IMG/VR virus record: IMGVR_UViG_3300037851_000671
Location: 128,001-192,000 of that record
Reading direction: 5' to 3' (one strand)
Length of the DNA stretch: 64,000 nt
DNA from: a virus
Lineage: Duplodnaviria > Caudoviricetes
Shown: positions 18,692 through 29,016 of the stretch, piece after piece
How the letters are laid out: each line of letters begins with the position of its first letter
How positions within the stretch are numbered: position 1 is the stretch's first letter
Translations under genes and position numbers: made by a program
Notes under the pieces: generated by a model
Told to the model about the DNA's origin: nothing
What the model saw: only the letters and a program-made list of their open reading frames with translations
Database searches by the model: none

Positions 18692-21600
18692 ATGTCAAAC
18701 AACCCAGCGTTCCCTTATGCCAGGTATCCATTTGATTTGGATGACCACCGTCCCGTTGATACTTTTGGTGTACCAGTGGTTAGTGATGGTACAACCCCTG
18801 TAAAAGCAGAGGTTCCTAATCGTCATAGCGATATAGTTTTGGCTATTGAAGCCGAGCTTGGTCTTTTGCCAAGTGGTACGTTTGATACTGTCAGGGCGCG
18901 TTTGGATGCCATTGAAGCCATGATCCGTAGCGGCGGCGGGACAGGTGCAACAGGGCCCACAGGTGCAACAGGGCCTGTGGGCCCTACAGGAGCTACGGGT
19001 CCAACAGGAGCTACGGGTCCAACAGGATCCACCGGTCCTGCGGGTCCATTGGTTCCATTGTCAACCATTCTTGGTGTTGGAAATAGCACAGGTTCAAATA
19101 ACATTGATGTTCAAGATGGGTACAAGGTTATCCTTGGAAACAATGGTCTAGGAGTTGATTCTTATGTATCTGGTGCTGTTGGTGGAGATTTCTTCCCAGG
19201 AACCATAAACCTGTACGCAAACCAAACTGCTATCAAAATTTTCCCAGTAGTAAATCCTAGTTTACCTGATGCAAGTGGTCAGATTGTACTAATCACATCC
19301 CCATATAGCACAGCGACTGGCGGTGGTAAAGAGGGTCAACTCTATGTACAGCCAGCTTTTTACATACCAGGAATAACCACTGATACTTGGGGAAGCCCTG
19401 GAGGTCTTGGGTACAACGGTATTGGTGGTGGTGTTGGTTGGTATGTAGGAGATGGATATGGAGATTTCTTTGCTGGTGGTGTAGGTTTTGGAGGCGGAGA
19501 TCACTATACCAATGACACATACTCAGTAATAGACGGGTACGGTGCTAGATGGCAAACGGCATCGGCTGGTGGAACAAATGGTGGGGCATATTGGGATGGT
19601 TGGCATGTATTCCAGGGTGCTTTAGAACTAGCGCCACTACACAGAGATCCTACAAGTTTAAATCATGCAACCCTTGGTTTTGGATCTTTGCTGTATGCAA
19701 AAACAGTTTCTGGAAACGCCTACAGCTCTCCAAAAGTGACGCCTGTTATCAATGAACTTTTCTGGAAACGTCAGGATGATACTGTTGAGCAAATAACCGG
19801 AATGAACTACGCAACCCAAACGTGGGTTGATGGGTATTTCGCTTCTTGGGGGTTACCACAAGTTCTAGGAATCAATCCTAACACCTCTGGTCATGACATA
19901 ATAATGACTACAACTGACAAGTTTCAGTTCAGTCATGGTTACATCCAGAACACAACATCATTCAACGTAAATGTTGATACCGGAATTGACTACATACTGA
20001 CGGTTGACAATAACATTATTGCTGGAAACTCACACTCTGTAACGGGCGTTGTAGTTGGAGCTGTAATTGCTGGTGGTAGCAACAACACCATAACAGACAC
20101 AAATAACTCTGTTATTGGTGGTGGTACACAGAATACCATAATTGATGCTACCGGATCATCAATACTATCTGGAATCGATGGGTACATAGCATATTCCAAA
20201 GGCTCAATAATATCAGGAGGAATACAAAACACAATCACTGTACTTGATTCTTCTTGGGATGGCTACAACGTAATTAGCGGTGGCGCCAGAAACAGCATCA
20301 TTAATAGCTCTGAATCTGCTATTTTTTCTGGTTACAACAACAAAATAACAGCCCTTGATGGTCTGGTAGTTAGTGGTGACTCTAATATAATTTCAGGAGG
20401 AAGAAACAATGAGATTATGCTTGGTTTTGGAAGTACGATTGCTGGTGGCCAAGGCAACAAATCTATTGGTTTCAATGTTTGGTCAATATGGCCTAGCCAA
20501 ACATTTATTGGAGGCGGTACAGACAATTTGGTTATTGGAAATTTCAATGCACCAATCATCGTTGGTGGAGAACGTAATGTTATAGCTGCAGTTAATAGTA
20601 GCGTGGGTGATGTGGTCGTAGGTGGTGAGGACAACATCATTGGAGCCACTGTACTTGGAACAGCCACAACATCAGTGTCTGGATCTACAGTGACATTGGT
20701 TATTGGACACGGTGTAACAGCATCAATAATCGGAGAGTACATACTAATCTCCGATTCAGAAAATATCGGAAACAACGGAAGATTTGCAATAACAGCGGTT
20801 CCAACAACCGGTACAATTGAGTATACAAATGCTAGTGCAGTTACTGGTACAACTGTATATTTCTTGCTAGACATCTTCAACCTGTCATTAAACAACTTTA
20901 TAGGATCTGGAGACTCAAACAAGATTCTGTCTAATATCAAAAATAGCGCAAGTGATCAGAATGTAATTACAGGCGGTTCACACAACACAATCAGTGCTAT
21001 AGCTACACACAGTGCAATCACGAACGTAATTGGTGGTGGACAAACAAACTCCATATACGGCGGCCTTGCTCATTTTATTGGTGCTGGTCAAGATAACACA
21101 ATAAGCTCTAGTTCTGTTGGTAATTCTGTTGCGTGTTCAATTGTTTCGGGTATAGATAACTCTATTGGTGCAACCAATGACACCTATGAATCATCAATAC
21201 TTGGCGGTCAACAAAATACAATTGACGCTTTTGATGGAAGTTCTGGAACATATCAGTCAATTATACTTGGTGGTCAAAATAACTATATAGGACGCACTCC
21301 AAATTCTCTAAGCGTTCAATCTATGATTGGTGTTGGTGGGTACAACACGGTTTCATCTATCTGGGGAACTTTGGGTAGCGGATACTACAACGCTTTATCT
21401 AATGATACAGCAACACCAAATGCCCAATCCAGAGTCCAAGGTGGATCTTCACTTGTAAATGGTTCTCATAACTTCATCCTGAATGAGCAAGAAGCATTCA
21501 TTGGAACCGGTTACAAGAATACTATTGTTGTTGGACAGGGGGATACAATTGTTGGCGGAGAGTCCAACACAATAGGTGGTATTGGAAGTTTCCAAGCAAC

Positions 21601-24600
21601 AACAACAATTGTATCACAAGCTGCTCCAATACCAATTCCAACAGATTCTGATACCAGCCTGCATTTCAGATTTGCAGAAAGTGCAGCGCCTTTCCTTAGC
21701 TCCGGTGTTAGTGCTCTATCACTTTCTGTTTTGGGCAACGCTCCAACTGTAACCACAAGTGTAAATGAGGTGTTTGGAAGCGCTGTTCAATTCAATGCAG
21801 ATGGATTGTTAACATCAAATGACACCACGGTTGGAGAGGTTAGCGGAACGGCATGTACCATCACTATGTGGGTTAAGATTCCGTCAGTAATTGCTAGCGG
21901 AGTTTTCCTTGCGAAAAAGTATGATTCATCTGTCAACGTTTGGGGATATCCGTTTATTTCTGTATACATGGCCCTTGAAGCGGCTTTGGACGGATCTTGG
22001 AACGTCTCACTAACAACAGGGGGAACGCTTACAGGAATAACAGTACCAACCGTTATCCCAATAGATACATGGACATTGATTGGTTTCACTTATGATGGTA
22101 GCGTTGTAAAAACATACCACAATGGTAGCTTGGTAAATGTAACCCCATTGGTTGGATCGATAGATTGGGGAGCACATGGACCGTGGTGTGTTGGTGGTGG
22201 TATCAGTAGTAGCACTGGTATTCAGCTTAATAACGCCACAGTTGACGACATAAGAATTGAAGGTGTTGTAAGAGATGCAACGTACATGTCAAACATGTAC
22301 AATGCTACTGGTCTGAAATTCAATGTTGGAACTACACTTCCACCATATGATGTTTGGGGAGATAACGTTGTCATAAACCATGCAGCAACTCCCGCAAACA
22401 ATAGCGTTGCAACTCCTTTCAAGGCTGTTGGATACATATCAACGAGCGAGGAGATTGTGTATTACAATCCTGCCGGAAGCGCGCCAGATTATGGAATAGC
22501 CGGCCCACGAGGTATTTCGTTTCCGGGCGTTACCTGGGAGTTGTATGGACCGAACGGAGCAAATGGTTCTGATAACTTCATTGGCAATGGTAGTCTTAAC
22601 CGTATTGATTCTCTTGGTAAATATCAATCTAACTACAGCTCCGTTGTTGGTGGTTATTCTAACGTAATCTCATCTTGTGCAGGTGCATTTGTTGGTGGTG
22701 GTAATGGTAACTCTATCACAAACGCATCCAACTATAGCGCTATTGTTGGTGGACAGAATGGAAAGATTTCAAATTCTACGAAATCTTTTATCGGAAGCGG
22801 AGACGGTGCAACTATAAACAACTCTTCAGCGGTTGGTGTTATAATTGGATGTGGAATCAATGGTAACATAAATGGTAGTCAGTCTTCTGTTGTTGGTGTT
22901 TTAGGTAGCGGGCCAAACACAATTGGTGGCGCTGGTATCAGGTATAGCCACCTTGGTGTTATGATGGGTAATGAAACCATCACTGATAGCGCCCTTCAAT
23001 ACTCAAACATTGGTGTCATGCTTAATGGAGCCACCATTAACAATGGAGGGTTGAATTACAGCAATATTGGTTATATGAATTACTCTGTAACCATCAGTAA
23101 TACTGGTGTTCAAAACTCAACCATTGGATATATAAGCGCCGGTGCTGTTGTTAACAATGTCTCAAGCTCATCTATTGGGTACCTACAGTCCGTAACTATA
23201 AACTCATCAGGTATATCTGGTTCATCTGTTGGTTATCTTGGAAGTGGAACAACAGTAACAAGTGCTGGTATTAGCTCGTCAAATATCGGAAGGATGAGTG
23301 GTGGTATAACCATAGACCAAAACGGAATACTATCTTCCAACGTTGGTTTTGTTGGTAGCGGTGGAGCGATAAGTCAGATACTTGACGCTGATATAGGTCT
23401 AATAAACGGAAACATATCACTAACACAAAACGGAATTCAGCACTCATCTGTTGGATATATTGGTGCTTCGACAACAATTGCTGATGGTGGTGTCACGTAC
23501 TCTGCTATTGGGTATATGTCAGGAAATACCTTAAACGATGGTGGTATAACCCACTCTTCAGTTGGAATAATGGATGGAGCATCTACCATTACCAATAACG
23601 GTATACAAAGATCTGCCATTGGTTATATTTCAGCAAGCTCCACAATAAACAATGTTCAATATTCACACATAGGAACGTTATCTGGCGGTGCAACGATTGG
23701 CACAGATGGCGTTACATACTCTACCATTGGATACATTAGTGGTGGAGCTAATATCTCTGCAATCTCTTACTCTGGTATTGTGGCAATAACCGGAGGTGCA
23801 AGCATCAACGCAAGTGCCAACGGAACGGTTGTTTCACAATCGTTCATTGGTTTGATGCAAGGTGGAACATCGGTTAGTTGCAATACAGGAAAGGGTATTG
23901 TAAACTCTTGTGTCGGGTATTTTGATGGTGGTGTTACAGTTGCTGGTGACGGTATCACAGGATCATATGTAGGACGTATTGGTGGCGGAACCAACATCAA
24001 CGGATCTGGAATACTTGGAGCTTCGTTCATTGGTCTTGTTGATGGTGGTTGCACTGTCAATAACGTAAGCGGCTCATCTCTGGTTAGGGTTGGTGGTGGT
24101 ATATCAGCAACCAACATTTCTAACTCTTTTGTTGGAAATGCTTTTGCTGGACCAACGATCTCCGGTCTAACAACTACATTTATTGGTATAATCCAAAGTG
24201 GTAGTACGGCATCAACCGTTGGATACAGCTTCCTTGGAACGCTAAACAACGGCGGAAGCGTTACAAATAGCAACTATGCTTTCTTTGGTGTTTGCGGAAA
24301 TAGCAGCTCTATTGCTGATAGTAACAACGCGTTCATTGGTGCCGGTGTATCAAATACAATATCAAACGCAGACTACTCAACAATTGTCAATGGTAACAAT
24401 TGCCATGTTGAAGCTGACTACGGAGAGGCTTCTGGTAAAAACAGCTCAGCAAGGTTGGTTGGACAGGTTGTCAGATCTTTGGGTCAGTTTGCTACACAGG
24501 CTGATAACCAGGTTTCAAATCTCATAGTAAATGGAACCGCCCCAGGAGGCCTTGCTTTTGCTCTTGAAATTCCTGGTGATGGATATGTAACTCTTGAGAA

Positions 24601-24886
24601 TGACAAGGTTTACGACATCTCTATCAGGGTTGTTGTAACGACCACATCTGGTTCTTTGCTAAGGGCAAGGTTCAATCTTGATGTTTTGGCATACAAGCAA
24701 TCTGGTGTGGTTTACATTGATGATGTAACTACGGTAAGTTCAGTGATTGCTGGAACAGACTGGAACGTTACAGTTGACTCTGGCCCAGGCACGGATGTTC
24801 TAAACATTGTGATAGATTCTTCTACTTACATACAAGACAGAAGAGCAATGGCAACGGTAGAGTGGAGAGAAATTGGAGTAGTATGA
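18692..24886 (+). CDS. Large tail-fibre/spike-like structural protein (collagen repeat, GGxxN repeats, LamG domain, beta-solenoid)
   Basis: 2064 aa from ATG 18692 (GAGG RBS); G-X-T triplets, many IGGGxxN units, LamG-type WTLIGFTYDG...DDIRI segment. Confidence 0.75.
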   Translation: MSNNPAFPYARYPFDLDDHRPVDTFGVPVVSDGTTPVKAEVPNRHSDIVLAIEAELGLLPSGTFDTVRARLDAIEAMIRSGGGTGATGPTGATGPVGPTGATGPTGATGPTGSTGPAGPLVPLSTILGVGNSTGSNNIDVQDGYKVILGNNGLGVDSYVSGAVGGDFFPGTINLYANQTAIKIFPVVNPSLPDASGQIVLITSPYSTATGGGKEGQLYVQPAFYIPGITTDTWGSPGGLGYNGIGGGVGWYVGDGYGDFFAGGVGFGGGDHYTNDTYSVIDGYGARWQTASAGGTNGGAYWDGWHVFQGALELAPLHRDPTSLNHATLGFGSLLYAKTVSGNAYSSPKVTPVINELFWKRQDDTVEQITGMNYATQTWVDGYFASWGLPQVLGINPNTSGHDIIMTTTDKFQFSHGYIQNTTSFNVNVDTGIDYILTVDNNIIAGNSHSVTGVVVGAVIAGGSNNTITDTNNSVIGGGTQNTIIDATGSSILSGIDGYIAYSKGSIISGGIQNTITVLDSSWDGYNVISGGARNSIINSSESAIFSGYNNKITALDGLVVSGDSNIISGGRNNEIMLGFGSTIAGGQGNKSIGFNVWSIWPSQTFIGGGTDNLVIGNFNAPIIVGGERNVIAAVNSSVGDVVVGGEDNIIGATVLGTATTSVSGSTVTLVIGHGVTASIIGEYILISDSENIGNNGRFAITAVPTTGTIEYTNASAVTGTTVYFLLDIFNLSLNNFIGSGDSNKILSNIKNSASDQNVITGGSHNTISAIATHSAITNVIGGGQTNSIYGGLAHFIGAGQDNTISSSSVGNSVACSIVSGIDNSIGATNDTYESSILGGQQNTIDAFDGSSGTYQSIILGGQNNYIGRTPNSLSVQSMIGVGGYNTVSSIWGTLGSGYYNALSNDTATPNAQSRVQGGSSLVNGSHNFILNEQEAFIGTGYKNTIVVGQGDTIVGGESNTIGGIGSFQATTTIVSQAAPIPIPTDSDTSLHFRFAESAAPFLSSGVSALSLSVLGNAPTVTTSVNEVFGSAVQFNADGLLTSNDTTVGEVSGTACTITMWVKIPSVIASGVFLAKKYDSSVNVWGYPFISVYMALEAALDGSWNVSLTTGGTLTGITVPTVIPIDTWTLIGFTYDGSVVKTYHNGSLVNVTPLVGSIDWGAHGPWCVGGGISSSTGIQLNNATVDDIRIEGVVRDATYMSNMYNATGLKFNVGTTLPPYDVWGDNVVINHAATPANNSVATPFKAVGYISTSEEIVYYNPAGSAPDYGIAGPRGISFPGVTWELYGPNGANGSDNFIGNGSLNRIDSLGKYQSNYSSVVGGYSNVISSCAGAFVGGGNGNSITNASNYSAIVGGQNGKISNSTKSFIGSGDGATINNSSAVGVIIGCGINGNINGSQSSVVGVLGSGPNTIGGAGIRYSHLGVMMGNETITDSALQYSNIGVMLNGATINNGGLNYSNIGYMNYSVTISNTGVQNSTIGYISAGAVVNNVSSSSIGYLQSVTINSSGISGSSVGYLGSGTTVTSAGISSSNIGRMSGGITIDQNGILSSNVGFVGSGGAISQILDADIGLINGNISLTQNGIQHSSVGYIGASTTIADGGVTYSAIGYMSGNTLNDGGITHSSVGIMDGASTITNNGIQRSAIGYISASSTINNVQYSHIGTLSGGATIGTDGVTYSTIGYISGGANISAISYSGIVAITGGASINASANGTVVSQSFIGLMQGGTSVSCNTGKGIVNSCVGYFDGGVTVAGDGITGSYVGRIGGGTNINGSGILGASFIGLVDGGCTVNNVSGSSLVRVGGGISATNISNSFVGNAFAGPTISGLTTTFIGIIQSGSTASTVGYSFLGTLNNGGSVTNSNYAFFGVCGNSSSIADSNNAFIGAGVSNTISNADYSTIVNGNNCHVEADYGEASGKNSSARLVGQVVRSLGQFATQADNQVSNLIVNGTAPGGLAFALEIPGDGYVTLENDKVYDISIRVVVTTTSGSLLRARFNLDVLAYKQSGVVYIDDVTTVSSVIAGTDWNVTVDSGPGTDVLNIVIDSSTYIQDRRAMATVEWREIGVV
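18938..19048 (+). repeat. Collagen-like (G-X-T/P) repeat
   Basis: GTGATGPTGATGPVGPTGATGPTGATGPTGSTGPAGP. Confidence 0.9.
22934..24340 (+). repeat. Degenerate ~16-20 aa protein repeat G-I-x-x-S-x-I-G-Y-h-x-G-x-x-T-I
   Basis: e.g. GLNYSNIGYMNYSVTISNT, GIQHSSVGYIGASTTIADG, GVTYSTIGYISGGANISA. Confidence 0.8.
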
Positions 24887-25308
24887 CAAATACAAGGCAA
24901 ACAGTTATCGTTGATGCCACCGTACACTATGATGGATATGTGGTAACGTATGATGCCGGATTAGATGCATACATACCAAAACCAAATTCTGCTACAGTTT
25001 CAACAAGTGTGGAAGATGTGTCGGGCACTGGGGCAACCATTGCAGACCCATCATCAATGTCAAAACGGGTGAGGATGTTGGGCGCGGCGGCATGTACAGT
25101 GACGTTACCAGCTGATTCATCAATCAGTGACGGGGCAGTATGGAGCTTCAAGGATGTGCAAGGTAATGCAGGATCCTACACTTACACAGTGGCTGTAAAT
25201 AGTCCTATGACAATTGACGGTTCATCTTCATTTGTATTACCATCAGCCGCTCATAGCTCAGTGACAATTGCTTACCACAAAGCAACCAAGAACTGGGAAG
25301 TGCAATGA
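24883..25308 (+). CDS. Small beta-rich structural protein
   Basis: ATG 24883 overlapping fibre stop; VTLPA...WSFKD...YTV pattern. Confidence 0.6.
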   Translation: MTNTRQTVIVDATVHYDGYVVTYDAGLDAYIPKPNSATVSTSVEDVSGTGATIADPSSMSKRVRMLGAAACTVTLPADSSISDGAVWSFKDVQGNAGSYTYTVAVNSPMTIDGSSSFVLPSAAHSSVTIAYHKATKNWEVQ

Positions 25309-26807
25309 CATACATACCACTAATGGCCAACTCCATAAAAGTGGATGATATGGTGAGCTATAGTAGCTTCATCAAAATGTTGCTGCATTGTGAAGGGGCG
25401 GAAGGTTCCACGTCAATCATAGAATCCAGTTCAGCGGCTTTGCCAGTAACCGCCTCTGGAAATGCCAAAATTACACTGGCGCGTAGTAAGCTTGGCACAG
25501 GATCTATATCGCTTGATGGAAACACGTCAAGCAAAGTAACTGTTAACAATTCTTCAGGTGCCTTGGCACTTGGCACTTCTGACTTTACACTAGAAGGGTA
25601 TTTCTATTTCACAACGATAAGTGCAGGGTACCAACCACTTATTTGTGCCTCTAACAGCGGAGATGGTCAGGGTCCGGTCCTGATAATGGAGACTAACAAT
25701 CGTCCAACATTTATAGTGTCTACAACTGGAAGTGGTTGGGCGGCATGGGTACAAGCAGACTATCCACCAACGTTGGGGTGGAACCATATAGCTGTTGTCA
25801 GGTATGGACCTCGTTTGATGTTGTTTCTTAATGGAGTAAGGCAAGCTACCGGATCATACATGGTCAACACTGGCTCTATATTTTCAAGCGCTACATGGCA
25901 CATTGGACACTACCCATATTTCCCAGGTGGAGCAAGAACTTTAAATGGAAATGTTGATGAGGTGTGTCTGACGGTTGGTAAGGCGAAATACCTAGATTCT
26001 TTCGTTCCGCCGACCATACCTTTTTTGGATCCGTCACCGCCAGCGTTTCCAAAATTTGGAGAAATGCGTCGTAACAATGATGGAACGGTGTATCTATGTA
26101 CAAATAAAAACACTAACACATGGATACCAAAAAGCTCTGCGAAAGTTTACAAAGCAGATAATGGTAGAGTAGAGTTTCTTTGTAATTTGAATGGCCCAAA
26201 CGGATCTACAACATTTACCGATGTTGGACCAAACCAAATGCCAATTTTGGTTGGAGCCGGAAGTCCTGTAATCAGTACCACAAGATCAAAATTCGGAAAC
26301 GGCTCTTTATACCTAAATGGCTCGTCATACCTTAGGGTTGATAACTTGGCGCAAGTTATGAACTTAGCGTCAAAGAATTTTACAATAGAGTATTTTCTGT
26401 ACCAGGAAACACGTGGGTCCAGCGTAAGCGTTGGTGGTTTTCAAAATAACTCAGATCAAGAGGGGCCTCTTTTAACCTTGAGTAGTGGATATCCTCAGGT
26501 ATGGTATAATTTACCAACTTCAAGTACATGGACCAATTTCCAAGGAACTTCCACAATTCCAACAGGACAATGGAATCATTATGCTCTAACAAGATCTCAG
26601 AACATATTTACACACTGGTTGAACGGAACTGCGATAGGTACAATGGACCTTGGTGATAGGATATCAACGAGTAACAACTTTTACATTGGAGGTTATCCTG
26701 GGTACATAAATTGGACTGGTTATATGGAGCAGGTTCGTGTGACTATTGGTAGGGCCATGTATCAGAAAGCTTTCACACCGCCAGCCGGTCCCTTCACATA
26801 TCCATGA
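25305..26807 (+). CDS. Double LamG/ConA-like domain protein
   Basis: Two copies of KFGxGS..DFT.E..WNH.A...G..DEV.(L/T)T.G. Confidence 0.85.
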   Translation: MTYIPLMANSIKVDDMVSYSSFIKMLLHCEGAEGSTSIIESSSAALPVTASGNAKITLARSKLGTGSISLDGNTSSKVTVNNSSGALALGTSDFTLEGYFYFTTISAGYQPLICASNSGDGQGPVLIMETNNRPTFIVSTTGSGWAAWVQADYPPTLGWNHIAVVRYGPRLMLFLNGVRQATGSYMVNTGSIFSSATWHIGHYPYFPGGARTLNGNVDEVCLTVGKAKYLDSFVPPTIPFLDPSPPAFPKFGEMRRNNDGTVYLCTNKNTNTWIPKSSAKVYKADNGRVEFLCNLNGPNGSTTFTDVGPNQMPILVGAGSPVISTTRSKFGNGSLYLNGSSYLRVDNLAQVMNLASKNFTIEYFLYQETRGSSVSVGGFQNNSDQEGPLLTLSSGYPQVWYNLPTSSTWTNFQGTSTIPTGQWNHYALTRSQNIFTHWLNGTAIGTMDLGDRISTSNNFYIGGYPGYINWTGYMEQVRVTIGRAMYQKAFTPPAGPFTYP

Positions 26808-26813
26808 GGGTTC

Positions 26814-27680
26814 ATGACTTATTCAACCTTGACAACAAAAGATGCTACAGTGGATGATGGATTGAAATTCTATGACACTCTTTTCCATTGTCGTGGCAAT
26901 GGCACTAACGGATCCACTACATTTACAGATATAAGCCCAAATGAAATATCATTGGTAGCATCTGGTCACGCACAAGTATCAACTGCCGTTACAAAATTTG
27001 GCAACGGATCTTTATATGTAGATGGTTATACGGTTGCTGACGGATATTCTTGTGTAGAAGGTGACAACGGAGCTGCTCAAATATACGTGGGTAATTCTGA
27101 TTATTGTATGGAAACGTGGTTCTATCTAAACTCATGGGGGGCATTTCTTATGGGGGCTGGTTTGGATAGGGATGGCCAAGGCACCGTATTACACGTTGAT
27201 GCTGGTGGAACTCATCAGCTTTGCACCACATACCACATAGGAACAACCGGATCTGGTTACAGTTTGTTCGAGTGGAGTATTGCCAGTTCTATTGGTGTTA
27301 CTTTAAATACCTGGCATCACGCAGCTGTTGTAAGAGATGGTGAAATGGGTGTTATGAGAGTGTTCTTGGATGGTGTTCCTGGTAGTTACTATTCAATTGG
27401 AACAAATGAAATACATATGTTTGGTGGTAGACTTTGGTTGGGTGCTTGTCCATTTGGTAGAATCAGTACCACCATGAATGGTTATCTAGAGGAGATGAGA
27501 ATCACAGTGGGTAGCCCAATGTATCGCGGTCCATTCACACCTCCAGCGGCCCCATTTTCTGGTAAACAAGCATATCCGGCTGATGGTGTTACAGGGGAGG
27601 TTAGAGATGGTACTATTGGAATGTACGTATGCGATTCCCCTTCGTACAAAAGATGGACACGATTGAATGTGATAAGGTGA
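26814..27680 (+). CDS. LamG/ConA-like domain protein
   Basis: KFGNGSLY, WHHAAVVR, GYLEEMRITVG. Confidence 0.85.
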   Translation: MTYSTLTTKDATVDDGLKFYDTLFHCRGNGTNGSTTFTDISPNEISLVASGHAQVSTAVTKFGNGSLYVDGYTVADGYSCVEGDNGAAQIYVGNSDYCMETWFYLNSWGAFLMGAGLDRDGQGTVLHVDAGGTHQLCTTYHIGTTGSGYSLFEWSIASSIGVTLNTWHHAAVVRDGEMGVMRVFLDGVPGSYYSIGTNEIHMFGGRLWLGACPFGRISTTMNGYLEEMRITVGSPMYRGPFTPPAAPFSGKQAYPADGVTGEVRDGTIGMYVCDSPSYKRWTRLNVIR

Positions 27681-27683
27681 AAT

Positions 27684-28499
27684 ATGACGTATCTTCCTAT
27701 TGGTAAAAAAGACGCTGAAACGGAACCTCTATTAGACCATCTTTACACTAAGTTTCAACTAAGTGGTGATAGTTTTACAGATGTTAGTTTAAGTGCATTA
27801 CCAATAAGCAATACAAGTGTAACCATTGATACTAACATAAAACAATACGGAAATAGCTCTTTGTATTTTAATGGTGCGTCAAAACTGTTGATACAAAACT
27901 ATGCAAAGAAGATTGTGTTTTCAACATATCCATGGACTATTGAGATGTGGTTACGTTGGGGGCAGCCTGGGCAATATGGGCCAATGATATTTACAGGGAC
28001 TGGCCAACGTATGACTCCCAATGTGCTTGGTCAAGGAACTGTATTTAATTTCGCCTACACAGCTGCCAACGGCAATGTAACTTCATTTCTACAAACAACA
28101 GAATCTCAGAATGTTTGGTATCATTACGCAATACAGAGAGAAGAAAACAGAATTTACATGTATCTTAATGGAAATAGAGATTTGAGTAGTAACGCCACAA
28201 AGACGGTTGATCAGATTTGGCCGATACTTACAGAGGATGATTTTAGTATGGGTTGGGCACCATCATGGGGAGGTTTGAGCTGGGCGCATGCAGAGTTCAC
28301 CGGATGGATTCAAGATTTCAGAATTACCATAGGAAAAAACAGATACACAGGACCCACATTCACCCCTCCAACACAACCATTGCCAATTCCAGTAGCTCCT
28401 CCATCAGATCAGATTGGTAAAGTAAAAACAGATCTTGATGGAAAGTTCTGGATCTATGGGCATCTAAACAATACGCAACAAGGATGGCGTTTACTTTGA
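27684..28499 (+). CDS. LamG/ConA-like domain protein
   Basis: QYGNSSLYF, WYHYAIQR, GWIQDFRITIG. Confidence 0.85.
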   Translation: MTYLPIGKKDAETEPLLDHLYTKFQLSGDSFTDVSLSALPISNTSVTIDTNIKQYGNSSLYFNGASKLLIQNYAKKIVFSTYPWTIEMWLRWGQPGQYGPMIFTGTGQRMTPNVLGQGTVFNFAYTAANGNVTSFLQTTESQNVWYHYAIQREENRIYMYLNGNRDLSSNATKTVDQIWPILTEDDFSMGWAPSWGGLSWAHAEFTGWIQDFRITIGKNRYTGPTFTPPTQPLPIPVAPPSDQIGKVKTDLDGKFWIYGHLNNTQQGWRLL

Positions 28500-28772
28500 G
28501 AAGTCAACGTGTATGACTTTGCCATCGGCTGGTGTAACGCTCTCTACAACTTTCAGTATTGTTTGATAAGGCTTCTCAAAATTAATGCTAGCGGCAATCT
28601 GAGATGATGGTATTTTCAGATCGGTATCACAGGTTTTACACCACAAGTGCAAGGCAAACCCTGACTTGTGACCAATGATGTTCCATTGTACTGCTTGTGC
28701 CTTGCAAGAGCATATTGGTTCTGAACATGTGATTGTGAAATCTGTAAGCATACCCAGATCTATATCCACCAC
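28491..28772 (-). CDS. Small Cys-rich hypothetical protein
   Basis: C...CSC...WCKTC; convergent with LamG gene. Confidence 0.6.
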   Translation of the reverse strand: MVDIDLGMLTDFTITCSEPICSCKAQAVQWNIIGHKSGFALHLWCKTCDTDLKIPSSQIAASINFEKPYQTILKVVESVTPADGKVIHVDFSK

Positions 28773-28804
28773 AAAACAAAAGAGCCCCCATGAGGAGGCT
28801 CTTT
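28773..28804 (-). terminator. Rho-independent terminator
   Basis: Minus strand AAAGAGCC-loop-GGCTCTTT then TGTTTTG. Confidence 0.7.
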
Positions 28805-28821
28805 CGGAGGAGGCTCTTTCG
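28792..28821. repeat. Perfect tandem duplication of 15 bp GAGGAGGCTCTTTCG
   Basis: 28792-28806 identical to 28807-28821; duplicates one terminator arm. Confidence 0.9.
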
Positions 28822-28838
28822 CTTGTTTGTTGGTTGCT

Positions 28839-29003
28839 TTACTTGGTATTAGCGCCGCCAACCTGGACAGAACCAGCTACGCCGCCAGCTCCACCAAAAG
28901 ACGCACCAGCTACAGAGGTAGCTGGAGCAACTGGGGCAGGAACGGTTTCCTGACATGCCGCAAACACAAACAAAGAAAGAACTAGAATCGCTATACTTTT
29001 CAT
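28839..29003 (-). CDS. Small lipoprotein (possible spanin component)
   Basis: MKSIAILVLSLFVFAA-C lipobox, Pro/Ala/Gly-rich tail, AAGGAG RBS, follows two lysins. Confidence 0.6.
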   Translation of the reverse strand: MKSIAILVLSLFVFAACQETVPAPVAPATSVAGASFGGAGGVAGSVQVGGANTK

Positions 29004-29016
29004 TTGAACAAACTCC

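Noticed and set aside
18823-24527. Many minus-strand ORFs inside the tail-fibre gene
   Set aside because: Shadow ORFs from stop-poor Gly/Ser/Thr codon usage; no RBS or motifs.
25305-28499. Diversity-generating retroelement targeting the LamG genes
   Set aside because: No reverse transcriptase and no near-identical repeat pair differing at adenines in this window; similarity is only at protein level.
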